A DNA stretch of 58,636 nt from positions 1 through 58,636 of the forward strand of contig CAUJDY010000019.1 in NCBI GenBank assembly GCA_963169805.1. Direction: 5' to 3'. Source of the stretch: Bdellovibrionota bacterium (lineage in GTDB: Bacteria; Bdellovibrionota; Bdellovibrionia; Bdellovibrionales; JAEYZS01). Under the pieces are notes generated by a model. The model was given only the letters and a program-made list of their open reading frames with translations. It searched no databases and had not been told where the DNA came from. This document shows, piece after piece, positions 46,931 through 57,144 of this stretch. Within the stretch, counting starts at the first letter, position 1. Each line of letters begins with the position of its first letter. The position numbers and the translations under genes were made by a program.

Positions 46931-47146
46931 GCTGTTACTCCAATGAGTGTTTAATAAAGTCTAAGAGTAAGAAGGGTCAGCTGTTAAGTCAATGTGCCTA
47001 AAAGAACACAGAAAATACTTTTAGGGTGCTCTATTGCTTTGCGCAAAGTTCTTGATTCCTTGGATATCAAGGACTCTTTGTGTGACTTTCTGGCATGTTT
47101 CAAGCAATATAAATACACAAAAATTTTTATCCTGTTAGGAGCATCT

Positions 47147-48445
47147 ATGGGGAATCCAAGAGACGTCGTAATTGTAGAAGGTGTACGCACTCCGTTTGCA
47201 AAAGCTGGCACTGTGTTTAAGAATGTTCACGCTAAAGAACTGGGACGAGCTTCTGTTAAAGAGCTTTTAGAAAAAACAAGCCTCGATCCTAAGGTCATTG
47301 AAGAGGTCATCGTTGGAAATACAGGAAACCCTTCTGACAGTGTAAATATTGGTAGAGTTGTAGCTCTTAACGCGGGAATTCCGCAGTCCACGTCTGCTCA
47401 TACCGTTCACAGAAATTGCGCATCTGCATTGGAGAGTATTGCAACCGGATTTGATAAAATAAAAGCCGGAGTTGTCGATGTTGTTGTAGCGGGAGGAACG
47501 GAAAGCATGTCAGATATGCCTCTGATTTTTTCCAGAGCGTTTGCTGCAAAATTTGGAGAGTTTGCAATGGCAAAAACACTCGGAGCTCGTCTTGCCGCAC
47601 TCAGAAAAATAAATTTAAAAGATTTAAAACCTCGAATTTCAATTATGGAAGGTCTCACAGATCCATTTGTGGGAATTAATATGGGGCAAACTGCTGAAAT
47701 TCTTGCGAAAGAATTTAAGATTTCTCGAAAAGAGCAAGATGAGTTTGCTGTTTTATCACACCAAAAAGCTGTTGCTGCTCAAAAAAGCGGTCGTTTTGCA
47801 AAAGAAATTGCACCATTTTTTCTGCCGCCAGATTTTAAAACTGCTGTTGTCGATGACGTAGGTCCTCGAGAAGGGCAGAGTATGGAACAACTCGCAAAAC
47901 TGAAACCATTTTTCGATCGTAAATTTGGAACTGTAACTCCTGGAAATTCTTGCCCGATTACAGATGGTGCTGCGATGGTACTTTTAATGAGTCGGGAAAA
48001 AGCTCAAAGTCTTGGTTACAAGCCCATTGCGAGCATCCGTTCCTACGGATTTAGAGGTTTAGAGCCAGAGAGAATGGGGCTGGGGCCAGCTTACTCAACT
48101 CCATTAGCACTCAAGCGTGCAGGTCTTGAGTTAAAAGATATTGGTCTTGTTGAACTCAATGAAGCATTCGCTGCGCAAGTCATTGCCTGTCTCAAAGCTC
48201 TAGAAAGTGATAAGTTTGCTCAAGATAAACTTGGATTATCAAAAGCCGTGGGCTCTATAGATCCAAAAATTTTAAATGTGAATGGTGGTGCCATTGCGCT
48301 TGGACATCCAGTTGGGACAACAGGAACACGCCTTATTCTAACATTGATGAAAGAAATGCAGCTTAAAAATGTTCAGTTTGGTCTTGCAACTTTATGTATT
48401 GGTGGCGGGCAAGGCGGATCCATGATTTTGGAAAGAGAGGCTTAA
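47147..48445 (+). CDS. fadI: 3-ketoacyl-CoA thiolase (FadI-like; start trimmed to MGNPRDVVIVEG, preceded by AGGAG)
   Basis: VRTPFAKAG, active-site RNCASALESI, the FadI-type insertion (LRKINLKDLKP...), NVNGGAIALGHPVGTTG and CIGGGQG. Confidence 0.85.
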   Translation: MGNPRDVVIVEGVRTPFAKAGTVFKNVHAKELGRASVKELLEKTSLDPKVIEEVIVGNTGNPSDSVNIGRVVALNAGIPQSTSAHTVHRNCASALESIATGFDKIKAGVVDVVVAGGTESMSDMPLIFSRAFAAKFGEFAMAKTLGARLAALRKINLKDLKPRISIMEGLTDPFVGINMGQTAEILAKEFKISRKEQDEFAVLSHQKAVAAQKSGRFAKEIAPFFLPPDFKTAVVDDVGPREGQSMEQLAKLKPFFDRKFGTVTPGNSCPITDGAAMVLLMSREKAQSLGYKPIASIRSYGFRGLEPERMGLGPAYSTPLALKRAGLELKDIGLVELNEAFAAQVIACLKALESDKFAQDKLGLSKAVGSIDPKILNVNGGAIALGHPVGTTGTRLILTLMKEMQLKNVQFGLATLCIGGGQGGSMILEREA

Positions 48446-48446
48446 A

Positions 48447-50585
48447 ATGGAATCTTTAAAACTCAAAAGAGATGGTGAAGTAGGGATTTTAGAGTTTGAT
48501 CTTCAAGGTGAGAAAGTGAATAAACTTTCTTCTTCAATGTTAACTCGCATCAGTGAAATCCTTGTTGAAGTTCAAAAATCAGATCTTAAAGCTCTTGTAT
48601 TTATATCAAAAAAACCAAAAATATTTATAGCAGGTGCAGATATAGAAGAGATTAAAGGCTTAAAAACAGCCGAGGCTTCTCGGGATGCAGCTGCCGCAGG
48701 ACAGAAAATTATTAATCAATTCGAAGATCTTAAAATCCCTGTCATCGCAGCAATCAATGGAGCCTGTATGGGCGGAGGATGTGAGCTTGCGCTTGCATGT
48801 GACTATAGACTTATAACGGATGACCCATCTTCTAAGATTGGACTTCCTGAAACAAAACTTGGAATTCTTCCGGGTTTTGGTGGATGTGTGCGTCTACCTC
48901 GAGTCATTGGTATTCAAGCCGCGCTTGATATTATTTTAGCGGGCAAGGCCATTGATGGAAAAAAAGCTTTTAAATTAGGATTAGCAGATGAACTTGTTCC
49001 CGCAAGTTTACTGGAGTCGTATGTTCTTAAGTATGCTCAAGAGATTATAAAGTCGGGCGCTAAAAAACGTAAAAAATATTTTAAACCTAAGGGAATGGCT
49101 GCTGGATTTTTGGAGTCGTTTGCTGGTCGTCCAATTGTTTTTTCACAAGCAAAGAAAATGCTACTCAAGCAAACAGGAGGTCATTACCCATCTCCTGTGA
49201 AAGCACTTGAAGTGGTTGAAAAAACTTATGGTATGAGTAATCGTGACAAGGCTTTGCAAATTGAAGCGGAAGCTTTTGGCCAAGTGGCTGCAACAAGTGT
49301 CTCTAAAAATTTAATTAATTTATTCTACATGATGGAGGGAGTTAAGAAGCAAACAGGTGTCAGTAATGCGTCTGTTAAATCTCTCCCAATTTCAAAAATT
49401 GCTGTATTAGGTGCTGGAACTATGGGTGGTGGTATTGCTCAATTAGGCGCTGACAAGGGGTATAGTGTTCGTATGAAGGACATTAACAACCAAGCGATTT
49501 CTCTAGGTTACCAGCAAGCTGCAAAGATTTGGAAAAAAGATCTTGAGCGTAGAAAGATGACGACATTTGATTTTGAAACAAAAATGGGACGTATCAGTGG
49601 TGGTGTTAATTATGACGGATTCAAAAATACAGATGTCGTGATTGAAGCTATCGTTGAAGATATGGAAATCAAAAAGAAAGTTTTGGCTGAAACATATAAA
49701 CACTGCAAAGAAGATGTTATTTTGGCTACAAATACATCTTCTTTGAGCGTTAACGAAATGGCTAAGGGGTTAGAAAAGCCTGAAAATTTTGTTGGAATGC
49801 ACTTTTTTAATCCTGTCCATAAGATGCCTTTAGTAGAAGTTGTGCGTGGAGAGAAATCGTCTGATGTTGCTGTCGCTACAATTTTTGATTTGTGCAAAAA
49901 AATGGGTAAAACACCTGTTGTTATGAAAGATGGTCCTGGATTTTTAGTGAACCGCCTTCTTTTGCCCTATTTGAATGAAGCTGTTTATCTTCTTGAAGAA
50001 GGGTACAGTGTTGAGTCTATTGATAAGGCCTTTCTGAAATTTGGAATGCCAATGGGCCCTCTCCATCTTATTGATGAAATTGGAATTGATGTTGCTGTGA
50101 AGGTTGCAAAAATCTTTAACAAAGCTTTTGGTGAAAGAGCTCAGCCATCAAAAATTATGATCAAGGTAAGTGAAACTGGACGCCTTGGTAAGAAAAATAA
50201 AAAAGGTTTTTATACTTACAACGAGAAGGGCTACAAGCTTGAAGTTGATCAGAAGGTTTACGCAGACCTTGGTTTGCCAAGTCCGACTCAAAAGCTTGAT
50301 GAGAAGATTGCGGTAGATCGTGGAGTTTATGCCATGATAAATGAAGCAGCATTAGCGTTTCTTGAGGATCGCATTGTAGAAAAGCCAGAAGATGTAGATC
50401 TTTGTATGATCATGGGAACGGGATTTCCTCCGTTTCGTGGTGGGCTATTAAGATATGCTGACTCAATAGGAAGTGTATCCATTGTGGATTCTCTTGAGGA
50501 ATTTGCAGTTAAGTTTGGTCCACGCTTTAAGCCATCGCATCCATTAAAGGCTATGGCTAAGACCGAGCGTAAATTTTATTCGTAA
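48447..50585 (+). CDS. fadJ: Multifunctional fatty-acid oxidation protein (enoyl-CoA hydratase / 3-hydroxyacyl-CoA dehydrogenase, FadJ/FadB-like)
   Basis: 712 aa. Crotonase fold (FIAGADI, GACMGGGCELALACD, GLPETKLGILPGFGG), then NAD-binding VLGAGTMGGGIA and HFFNPV. Confidence 0.9.
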   Translation: MESLKLKRDGEVGILEFDLQGEKVNKLSSSMLTRISEILVEVQKSDLKALVFISKKPKIFIAGADIEEIKGLKTAEASRDAAAAGQKIINQFEDLKIPVIAAINGACMGGGCELALACDYRLITDDPSSKIGLPETKLGILPGFGGCVRLPRVIGIQAALDIILAGKAIDGKKAFKLGLADELVPASLLESYVLKYAQEIIKSGAKKRKKYFKPKGMAAGFLESFAGRPIVFSQAKKMLLKQTGGHYPSPVKALEVVEKTYGMSNRDKALQIEAEAFGQVAATSVSKNLINLFYMMEGVKKQTGVSNASVKSLPISKIAVLGAGTMGGGIAQLGADKGYSVRMKDINNQAISLGYQQAAKIWKKDLERRKMTTFDFETKMGRISGGVNYDGFKNTDVVIEAIVEDMEIKKKVLAETYKHCKEDVILATNTSSLSVNEMAKGLEKPENFVGMHFFNPVHKMPLVEVVRGEKSSDVAVATIFDLCKKMGKTPVVMKDGPGFLVNRLLLPYLNEAVYLLEEGYSVESIDKAFLKFGMPMGPLHLIDEIGIDVAVKVAKIFNKAFGERAQPSKIMIKVSETGRLGKKNKKGFYTYNEKGYKLEVDQKVYADLGLPSPTQKLDEKIAVDRGVYAMINEAALAFLEDRIVEKPEDVDLCMIMGTGFPPFRGGLLRYADSIGSVSIVDSLEEFAVKFGPRFKPSHPLKAMAKTERKFYS

Positions 50586-50586
50586 C

Positions 50587-50688
50587 AAGCGCACGTTGAA
50601 AGGCCATCTGCTTTGTTTGTCGTCGCTCAGATATTAGATGTATACCTCGCTCCTCCTTCCTTGCATCTGGCACTTTCAACGCACGCTT
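50587..50688 (+). terminator. Imperfect inverted repeat downstream of the fadJ-like gene (possible terminator or structured 3' element)
   Basis: AAGCGCACGTTGAAAGGCCATCTGC (50587..50611) pairs with GCATCTGGCACTTTCAACGCACGCTT (50663..50688). About 20 positions pair, mismatches are clustered, and the loop is about 51 nt. Confidence 0.25.
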
Positions 50689-50742
50689 TAGGTCTAGTAG
50701 AAACGTCTCAAGTTAGGACAAAGAAGAACCGATAAAGCTTCT

Positions 50743-52140
50743 ATGAAGCTGAGGCGTGGTTTTTCGATTTGCATTCTAATCTTTTTTGCTATGGCAAATG
50801 TTTTGTTTTTTCAGAACTGTGCAAAGACAATGTCTGGATCTAGTGATAAGCCATTAGTATTTGGGCAACCCGTGTTGCCTTTTAATATTGCTGATGATTT
50901 CTTTGTAGGATTTGCTCATAACTTAGATTATTCAAATTCAACGGCTCGTATTGAGCTAGAAGGAGTTGATCCATTTCAACCTGTAGGTTTTCAGCAAATC
51001 TACTTTAACCTCTTTAATGGTCCTCGAACAAATCTAACTCCCTATTATATTCATAAAGAATTTTTTGACAGTGATAATGTTGAAGATTTTGCCTTTGCTT
51101 CTGGTGTGTATAATAGCGCGACGAATTTATCCGTTTACAATCTTTATGTGTATTCTGGATCAACAGGCAATCGTATTTATGAAAAGTACTATCACATTGA
51201 AGAGCCTCTATTTGTAGGGGATGTTAATCACGATGGACAGCCAGAGGTCTTGGGGTATAGATACGACACTCGGTTGTACTATTTATTTACGATTGATCCT
51301 GAAAATCCAAATTATAGAGAGGATCTTAAACAAGATGAAAGGTTATACAAATATAGGAAAAATGGTCAAGAGTATGATATCACCAATTATCTTTACTATT
51401 ACGGACGAATTCCAGATGTAAATGGTAATGGATATGATGAGCTACGTTTTATGGCCTACTACACGGCTCCTAATGGGCATCAAGATTTTATTGCGTTAAT
51501 TGTGGATTCAAAAGATCTCGACATCAATAACCCTTTGTTTACATATGTGGAAGAGTACCCATTTAGTCAGGAAGAGCAAACTGTTCAGTGCTATAACAAT
51601 CAAAACCTAAATTTTTGTAAATACAATGTGGCAATTGAGTACCGCGATAATCGACTTTATGTAACAGGTAAGGAGCAGCTGAAGGTATTCAGAAAACAAA
51701 CTGATAATACTTTTGTGTTAGAAACAGCAACAAACTATCCACCTGGGTACAGAGCTGTACGGAATGATTATTATCGTCCTCGCAATGATATACAGTTTGA
51801 TCAGAAGAGTTCGCCTAAGTTTATGATTCAATTGCAGTCTGTTGTTAACGGAGCTTTTAAAGCCCATGTTGCTTGGTATGATAGAGCTACAAATACTTTT
51901 GATTTATCTGTTACTAACCAAATACTTGAAATCACACAGTGTGGAAGTGATTGTTATATCTCGGACTATGAAGTTCATAAGAGGGATGGAAAAACATATG
52001 CCATTCTCAATGTTGGGCAACCCAACTACATGGGGCTTTATTATGTTCTAAATTTGACAGATAACACTCAGATCTGGAAAGGTCGCAACTACTCAGGAAT
52101 TTGGACAAAACGGCTCTACCTCATACGTAAAAGAGAGTAA
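50743..52140 (+). CDS. Lipoprotein of unknown function with FG-GAP/VCBS-like calcium-loop motifs
   Basis: Signal/lipobox ILIFFAMANVLFFQNC. Two DxNxDG-type loops (GDVNHDGQPEV, PDVNGNGYDEL). Tyr/Asn-rich and probably beta-rich. Confidence 0.55.
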   Translation: MKLRRGFSICILIFFAMANVLFFQNCAKTMSGSSDKPLVFGQPVLPFNIADDFFVGFAHNLDYSNSTARIELEGVDPFQPVGFQQIYFNLFNGPRTNLTPYYIHKEFFDSDNVEDFAFASGVYNSATNLSVYNLYVYSGSTGNRIYEKYYHIEEPLFVGDVNHDGQPEVLGYRYDTRLYYLFTIDPENPNYREDLKQDERLYKYRKNGQEYDITNYLYYYGRIPDVNGNGYDELRFMAYYTAPNGHQDFIALIVDSKDLDINNPLFTYVEEYPFSQEEQTVQCYNNQNLNFCKYNVAIEYRDNRLYVTGKEQLKVFRKQTDNTFVLETATNYPPGYRAVRNDYYRPRNDIQFDQKSSPKFMIQLQSVVNGAFKAHVAWYDRATNTFDLSVTNQILEITQCGSDCYISDYEVHKRDGKTYAILNVGQPNYMGLYYVLNLTDNTQIWKGRNYSGIWTKRLYLIRKRE

Positions 52141-52166
52141 CTCAGGTATAGCTTTTTTTTGAATTC

Positions 52167-54179
52167 GTGGATATTCTTCATGTTATGAATAGGTTAGCTC
52201 AAGAAAAAAGTCCGTATTTGCAACAACACAAAAATAATCCGGTAGATTGGTATCCATGGGGATCTGAAGCTTTTGAAAAAGCAAAAAAAGAAAATAAACC
52301 AATCTTTTTGTCTATCGGCTATTCTTCCTGCCACTGGTGTCATGTAATGGAGCATGAATCCTTTGAAGACCAGCAGATCGCGGACTATCTCAATCAAAAT
52401 TTTATTTCAATTAAAGTAGACAGGGAAGAGCGCCCAGATGTAGATAGTCTTTATATGCTTGTTTGTCAGATGATGACGGGTCAGGGAGGATGGCCTCTCT
52501 CTATTTTTATGACATCAAGCCAGCAACCTTTTTTTGCTGGAACCTATTTTCCTAAAATAACAATGAATGGACGGCTTGGATTTATTGATGTTTTAAAGCG
52601 TATTCAGTATATCTGGTTACAGCAGAAAAAAGACCTTCACAATACAATTCAAAATATTGATGTTGCACTAAGAGAATCACAAAAGAATCTATCTGAACAT
52701 ATTCAAATAGAAGCTCTGATTGAACAAGCAACTCAAGATTTAAAAACACAATTTGACCCCCACAGAGGTGGTTTTGGCGTAAAGCCTAAATTTCCGTCAC
52801 CCCATAAAATTTTATTTTTAATTGAGCAGTATCGTTGGACAAAAGATCCTGAGATACTTTCGATTGTTGATAAAACTCTCAGAGAAATGCATCGTGGGGG
52901 AGTTTTTGACCATATTCGAGGGGGATTTCATCGTTATTCTACAGATGAAAATTGGGAGTTACCTCATTTTGAAAAAATGCTCTATGATCAAGCTTTATGT
53001 GCCCGAATGTATTTGGAAGCTTATCAACTAACAAAAGTTGAACTTTATAGAACAGTAGCTGAAAAGATCATTCACTTTGTACAAATGTCTATGTCGGACG
53101 GTGGTGGGTTCTTTTCTTCTTTTGATGCGGATAGTGACGGAGAAGAAGGGGCGTTTTATACATGGTCTTACCAGGAATTGGAGAGTATTTTGTCCTCCCA
53201 GGAATTGTATCGACTGGAGCAGATGTTTGATATTCGGAAAGACGGAAATTTTTTGGATGAGGCGACCCATGAGCCTGTTAATAAAAATATTCTATTTTTG
53301 AAGAATTCAATTATAGGCAGCTCTAAGGATTATACTTCATTATCTGGTATTTTTGAGAAATTAAAGAGCATGGCTCAAAATAGAGTCCAACCTATGAGAG
53401 ATGAAAAAATATTAGCAGATTGGAATGCTCTATTTATTCAAACTCTTCTAAAAGCCTATGATATTTTAGGAGAAGAAAAATATCTAAACTTGGCTGAACA
53501 ATCTTTAGATTTTTATGAAAAGAATCTGATTAAAGAGGGTAGAATATTTCATAGAGTGTGCGATGGAGATATTCTAGAAAAGTCGTTTTTGGATGATTAT
53601 GCTTTAGCAATTGGAATGTATCTTCAGCATTTTCTTGTGACATACAATGTAGATTCCTTAGAGAAAGCAGTTGATTTTACAGATCGAGTTATCAATGAGT
53701 ATCTGGACAAAGAAGGCTCTGGTTTTTATTTAAGTTCAGAGTTCGATCAAGATGTTTTTATGCGTACGAAGGATTTTTATGACGGCGCATACCCTTCTGG
53801 GAATTCTTTTATGTATGAGAATCTTGTTATTCTTTGGAATATAACTGGTCAGTCTAAATATAAAAGCCAATTAGAGATTTTGCAGAAAAATCATGGGGCA
53901 CATTTGTCTGCTTCGCCCACTGGGTTTGTCTATTTACTTCGGGCTTTATCTCTTTGGCATCGTGGAAGTTTAGAAATTCAAATTCAAGGTGAGTGGGATA
54001 AAAAATCAAGGGCAGAAATCGAGTCTATTGTAAGAGATTATTATTTGCCAGAGAAAATTATAAAAATAACCGATAGCGATAAGCCACAAATTCAAATTTG
54101 TCGTGGAATGTCGTGTGGTTTGCCTGTTTTGACTATTTTAGACTTTAAAAATGAATTAAGGAAGTTGTACTCCTCCTAG
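52167..54179 (+). CDS. Thioredoxin-domain protein of the YyaL/DUF255 family (thioredoxin-like N-terminus plus (alpha/alpha)6 barrel)
   Basis: [61 protein letters not shown] is the hallmark DUF255 N-terminus. 670 aa. Confidence 0.85.
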   Translation: MDILHVMNRLAQEKSPYLQQHKNNPVDWYPWGSEAFEKAKKENKPIFLSIGYSSCHWCHVMEHESFEDQQIADYLNQNFISIKVDREERPDVDSLYMLVCQMMTGQGGWPLSIFMTSSQQPFFAGTYFPKITMNGRLGFIDVLKRIQYIWLQQKKDLHNTIQNIDVALRESQKNLSEHIQIEALIEQATQDLKTQFDPHRGGFGVKPKFPSPHKILFLIEQYRWTKDPEILSIVDKTLREMHRGGVFDHIRGGFHRYSTDENWELPHFEKMLYDQALCARMYLEAYQLTKVELYRTVAEKIIHFVQMSMSDGGGFFSSFDADSDGEEGAFYTWSYQELESILSSQELYRLEQMFDIRKDGNFLDEATHEPVNKNILFLKNSIIGSSKDYTSLSGIFEKLKSMAQNRVQPMRDEKILADWNALFIQTLLKAYDILGEEKYLNLAEQSLDFYEKNLIKEGRIFHRVCDGDILEKSFLDDYALAIGMYLQHFLVTYNVDSLEKAVDFTDRVINEYLDKEGSGFYLSSEFDQDVFMRTKDFYDGAYPSGNSFMYENLVILWNITGQSKYKSQLEILQKNHGAHLSASPTGFVYLLRALSLWHRGSLEIQIQGEWDKKSRAEIESIVRDYYLPEKIIKITDSDKPQIQICRGMSCGLPVLTILDFKNELRKLYSS

Positions 54180-54213
54180 GTTTCTCATATGCTTTTGGCA
54201 CTCGGGGGGGTAT

Positions 54214-55380
54214 ATGAAAATTGCTATTTTCTTTTTTGTTCTTATTTTACAAACATCTTTATCTTTTGCTCAAAATTGTGCAGGTGTAAAATCCTACGCA
54301 TCAGCACAAGATTTTGTAACTCAAACATCCACAAACGAAATAAAAATCATGAGTTATAATGTGGAGAATCTATTTGATACGAAACATGATGAGGGGAGGG
54401 ATGACTATGAGTTTCTCCCAATACGCCATCCTGAAAAAGCAAAGTGTGATTTTAAGCAGGGTTACTACAAACAGGTCTGCAAGACGCTCGACTGGACTGA
54501 TGAGAAGGTTTATTTAAAGCTCAATCAAGTTCGAAGCGTTTTAGCAGCTCAAGGTGAGCTACCAGATATTTTGTCTGTTCAAGAGGTTGAGAATAGTGAT
54601 GTTGTGAATATGCTAGCAGGTGCTCTTGGTTATGAGTATTACCTGCATACAACTGGTAATGATGATCGTATTGAGCTTGGTCTTATGTTCAATGAATCAA
54701 AACTGACATTTAAAGAAGCTCAAGAACTAATTATTGAATTTCCAAACGGCGTAGGAGTTAAGAAGACCAGAAATATTTTGGTTGTGCATTTTACACTTAA
54801 AAATGATCCCAATAAAATTTTGGCTGTTTATACAAATCACTGGCCATCTCAAGCTTCTCCTGCGGGGGCACGAGTTCAAGCTGCAGTCACCATGAGACAA
54901 GCCATAGATTATTATACAGATATGTATGGAGAGCAGAATTATCATGTTGTAGCGACGGGGGATTTTAATACTGTTGATCGCGATGTTCCTCATCCATTTC
55001 ATACGGTTTTTTATGATCAATCCTGGTCAAATATGTTATTTGATTTGGATCATGTGTATTATACGGTTGGGTACAAAGAAGACCCTCAGCAAATGCATAT
55101 GCGTATGCCTCCAGGAACATATTATTACGGAAAAGATAGAGCCTGGAACAAGCTTGATCATTTCTTTTTAAGTAGAAATTTATTAGATCGCCAGGGGATG
55201 GATGCTCAAACGGGATCTTTTAGAATTTTAGCACCTGATTTTATATTGGCTAGCTATGATGATAAAAAGTCTAACTTCTGTTACGATGGAGTTCCTTACA
55301 GATACGACCATTTTAGCAGCCAACCTGATACGGCTGGCTTCTCAGATCATTTTCCAATTTTATTTAAAATTAAACTGTAA
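54214..55380 (+). CDS. Secreted endonuclease/exonuclease/phosphatase (EEP)-family protein
   Basis: Signal peptide MKIAIFFFVLILQTSLSFA. MSYNVENLFD, SVQEVEN, ATGDFN and GFSDHFPI are EEP catalytic motifs. Confidence 0.75.
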   Translation: MKIAIFFFVLILQTSLSFAQNCAGVKSYASAQDFVTQTSTNEIKIMSYNVENLFDTKHDEGRDDYEFLPIRHPEKAKCDFKQGYYKQVCKTLDWTDEKVYLKLNQVRSVLAAQGELPDILSVQEVENSDVVNMLAGALGYEYYLHTTGNDDRIELGLMFNESKLTFKEAQELIIEFPNGVGVKKTRNILVVHFTLKNDPNKILAVYTNHWPSQASPAGARVQAAVTMRQAIDYYTDMYGEQNYHVVATGDFNTVDRDVPHPFHTVFYDQSWSNMLFDLDHVYYTVGYKEDPQQMHMRMPPGTYYYGKDRAWNKLDHFFLSRNLLDRQGMDAQTGSFRILAPDFILASYDDKKSNFCYDGVPYRYDHFSSQPDTAGFSDHFPILFKIKL

Positions 55381-56044
55381 GTCTGTATCCAACACCACGG
55401 ATTGTTTCAATCGTATGTCCGTGGTCGTTGAGTTTCTTTCGAATCGCGCAAACGTGTACGTCAATAGTTCTTTGAGTCACGTTTGCTCCACCATTGATAC
55501 GATTGATAAGATCCTCACGTGTTAATGTTTTTCCATTAGCAATAAATAGCTCTCTTAAGATATTAAATTCCATTAGAGTTGTGTCGAGTGGGCTATTTTT
55601 GACTTTAACTTTATAGGAGTTACAATCGATCATAAGATCATTCTTAACTAGGACTCCACCGGAGGCATCTTTTTGTAGTCCACGAGATAAAACAGCTTTA
55701 ATGCGTCTTAATAAAATGCTGAGTGAAAATGGTTTTTCGACGTAATCATCGGCTCCTTTATCAAAGGCACTCATAATTGTTTCTTCTTGTGAAAAAGCTG
55801 TTAAAATCATAACTGGTGTATTCTTGGTTTCTGAATTTTCACGAATAGCCTTAAGAACTTCTAGGCCGTGAGTGTCTGGTAAACACTGATCTAAAACAAC
55901 AAGATCGGGTTTGTAATCAAGTACTGTTTGCAGAGCGGTGTTACCTTCATGAATCGCTTGAGTGTGATAACCATTTTCAGCGAGTGACTGAGTGAGGTAA
56001 TCTGCGAGCTCTACTTCATCTTCAATAATTAATATTTTCTGCAT
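55370..56044 (-). CDS. OmpR/PhoB-family response regulator (no histidine kinase adjacent)
   Basis: REC domain KILIIEDE...DLVVLDQCLPD...PVMILTA...KPF. Winged-helix output LTREDLINRI...RTIDVHVCAIRKKL...IETIRGVGYRL. Confidence 0.9.
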   Translation of the reverse strand: MQKILIIEDEVELADYLTQSLAENGYHTQAIHEGNTALQTVLDYKPDLVVLDQCLPDTHGLEVLKAIRENSETKNTPVMILTAFSQEETIMSAFDKGADDYVEKPFSLSILLRRIKAVLSRGLQKDASGGVLVKNDLMIDCNSYKVKVKNSPLDTTLMEFNILRELFIANGKTLTREDLINRINGGANVTQRTIDVHVCAIRKKLNDHGHTIETIRGVGYRLTV

Positions 56045-56270
56045 GATCTCTCTCCCGTGAGTCTTGATTCTTAGTACTGTTTAAGTGACACCCATATTAG
56101 AATAATGGGCTAATTGTCACTTTGTTAAGGTTAATTTCTTGTTAAAACACCTGTACAAGTATGGAAACACCCTAGTCCTTTGTCAAATAACCAGCGCTAA
56201 GTACTGGATTTTAAAGCTAATGTTGCGGTACGTGCAAAGATTAAAATACAATACGTAAAGAGGTTGCATC

Positions 56271-57131
56271 ATGAAACTAGCCATCATTTTTATACTCTTA
56301 TCCAGTGCGTTTACAGCGAATGCGGCATATATCGAAAAGATCAAAGGTAAAAAGGCGCTTATCTATTTGGACGGACTTCAGGTTCAAAAAGGTGATCTTG
56401 TAAATGCGATCGAAGATACAAACCGAAAAACCGTGGGTATTTTTAGAGTTACGACTGTTAAAGATGGAAAGGCTATTGGTCAACTTGTAAAGGGTAAGGC
56501 TCGCGTCCATCAAGAAATCACATTTCGAAAACAAGCTTTCCGCAGTACAGATAAGCCAACAGGAAGAGATGAACAAGTTGAAGAGGTTCCTAAGGCATTT
56601 AAATCATCATACGCAATAGGCGGAATGTTAGGCCTAGGGTTTGACTCCATGGATATAAAAATTGGATCTCCGCAGGAATCAGTTTCTCAGAGTGGCGTCG
56701 GATATAGTTTGAGTGCGGTTTTGGATTATAGATGGATTCCATTAATTTCTATCAGAGGCATGATCGGAATTGATCAATTCAAGGTTGATGGGACAGCTTC
56801 TCAGCCGACAACGCCTTGTTCAACTTGTAAGTCTGAAATCACGTATGTAACCTCTTTGGTTTGGGGGAGATTTCATATTACTCAATCTGATACGACTATA
56901 TGGGTTGGGCCAGGTATGGGATATTTTATACCTACTACAAAAGATACAAATGCACTCGATTCATCTTCAATCAAAAATACATTTGTTTTTGGATTTGGAG
57001 GGGGAGTTGATCTTTCTTTAAATCAGAAGTTATCGATTCCAATTCATCTAGAATATGTGTTTTTAAATGATTCAGAAGATGTAAAAGCCAACTACTATGC
57101 TGTAAAAGCTGGATTGTTATTTAAGTTTTAA
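56271..57131 (+). CDS. Outer-membrane beta-barrel protein (OmpW/porin-like) with a small N-terminal soluble domain
   Basis: Signal peptide MKLAIIFILLSSAFTANA, alternating-hydrophobic beta strands, and a C-terminal ...AVKAGLLFKF ending in Phe. Confidence 0.55.
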   Translation: MKLAIIFILLSSAFTANAAYIEKIKGKKALIYLDGLQVQKGDLVNAIEDTNRKTVGIFRVTTVKDGKAIGQLVKGKARVHQEITFRKQAFRSTDKPTGRDEQVEEVPKAFKSSYAIGGMLGLGFDSMDIKIGSPQESVSQSGVGYSLSAVLDYRWIPLISIRGMIGIDQFKVDGTASQPTTPCSTCKSEITYVTSLVWGRFHITQSDTTIWVGPGMGYFIPTTKDTNALDSSSIKNTFVFGFGGGVDLSLNQKLSIPIHLEYVFLNDSEDVKANYYAVKAGLLFKF

Positions 57132-57144
57132 GTATCCTCACAAC

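Noticed and set aside
46984-47146. N-terminal extension of the thiolase ORF (from 46994) and antisense ORF 46984..47211
   Set aside because: The family-typical N-terminus MGNPRDVVIVEGVRTPFAKAG starts at 47147 with AGGAG upstream. The extension has no similarity to thiolases.
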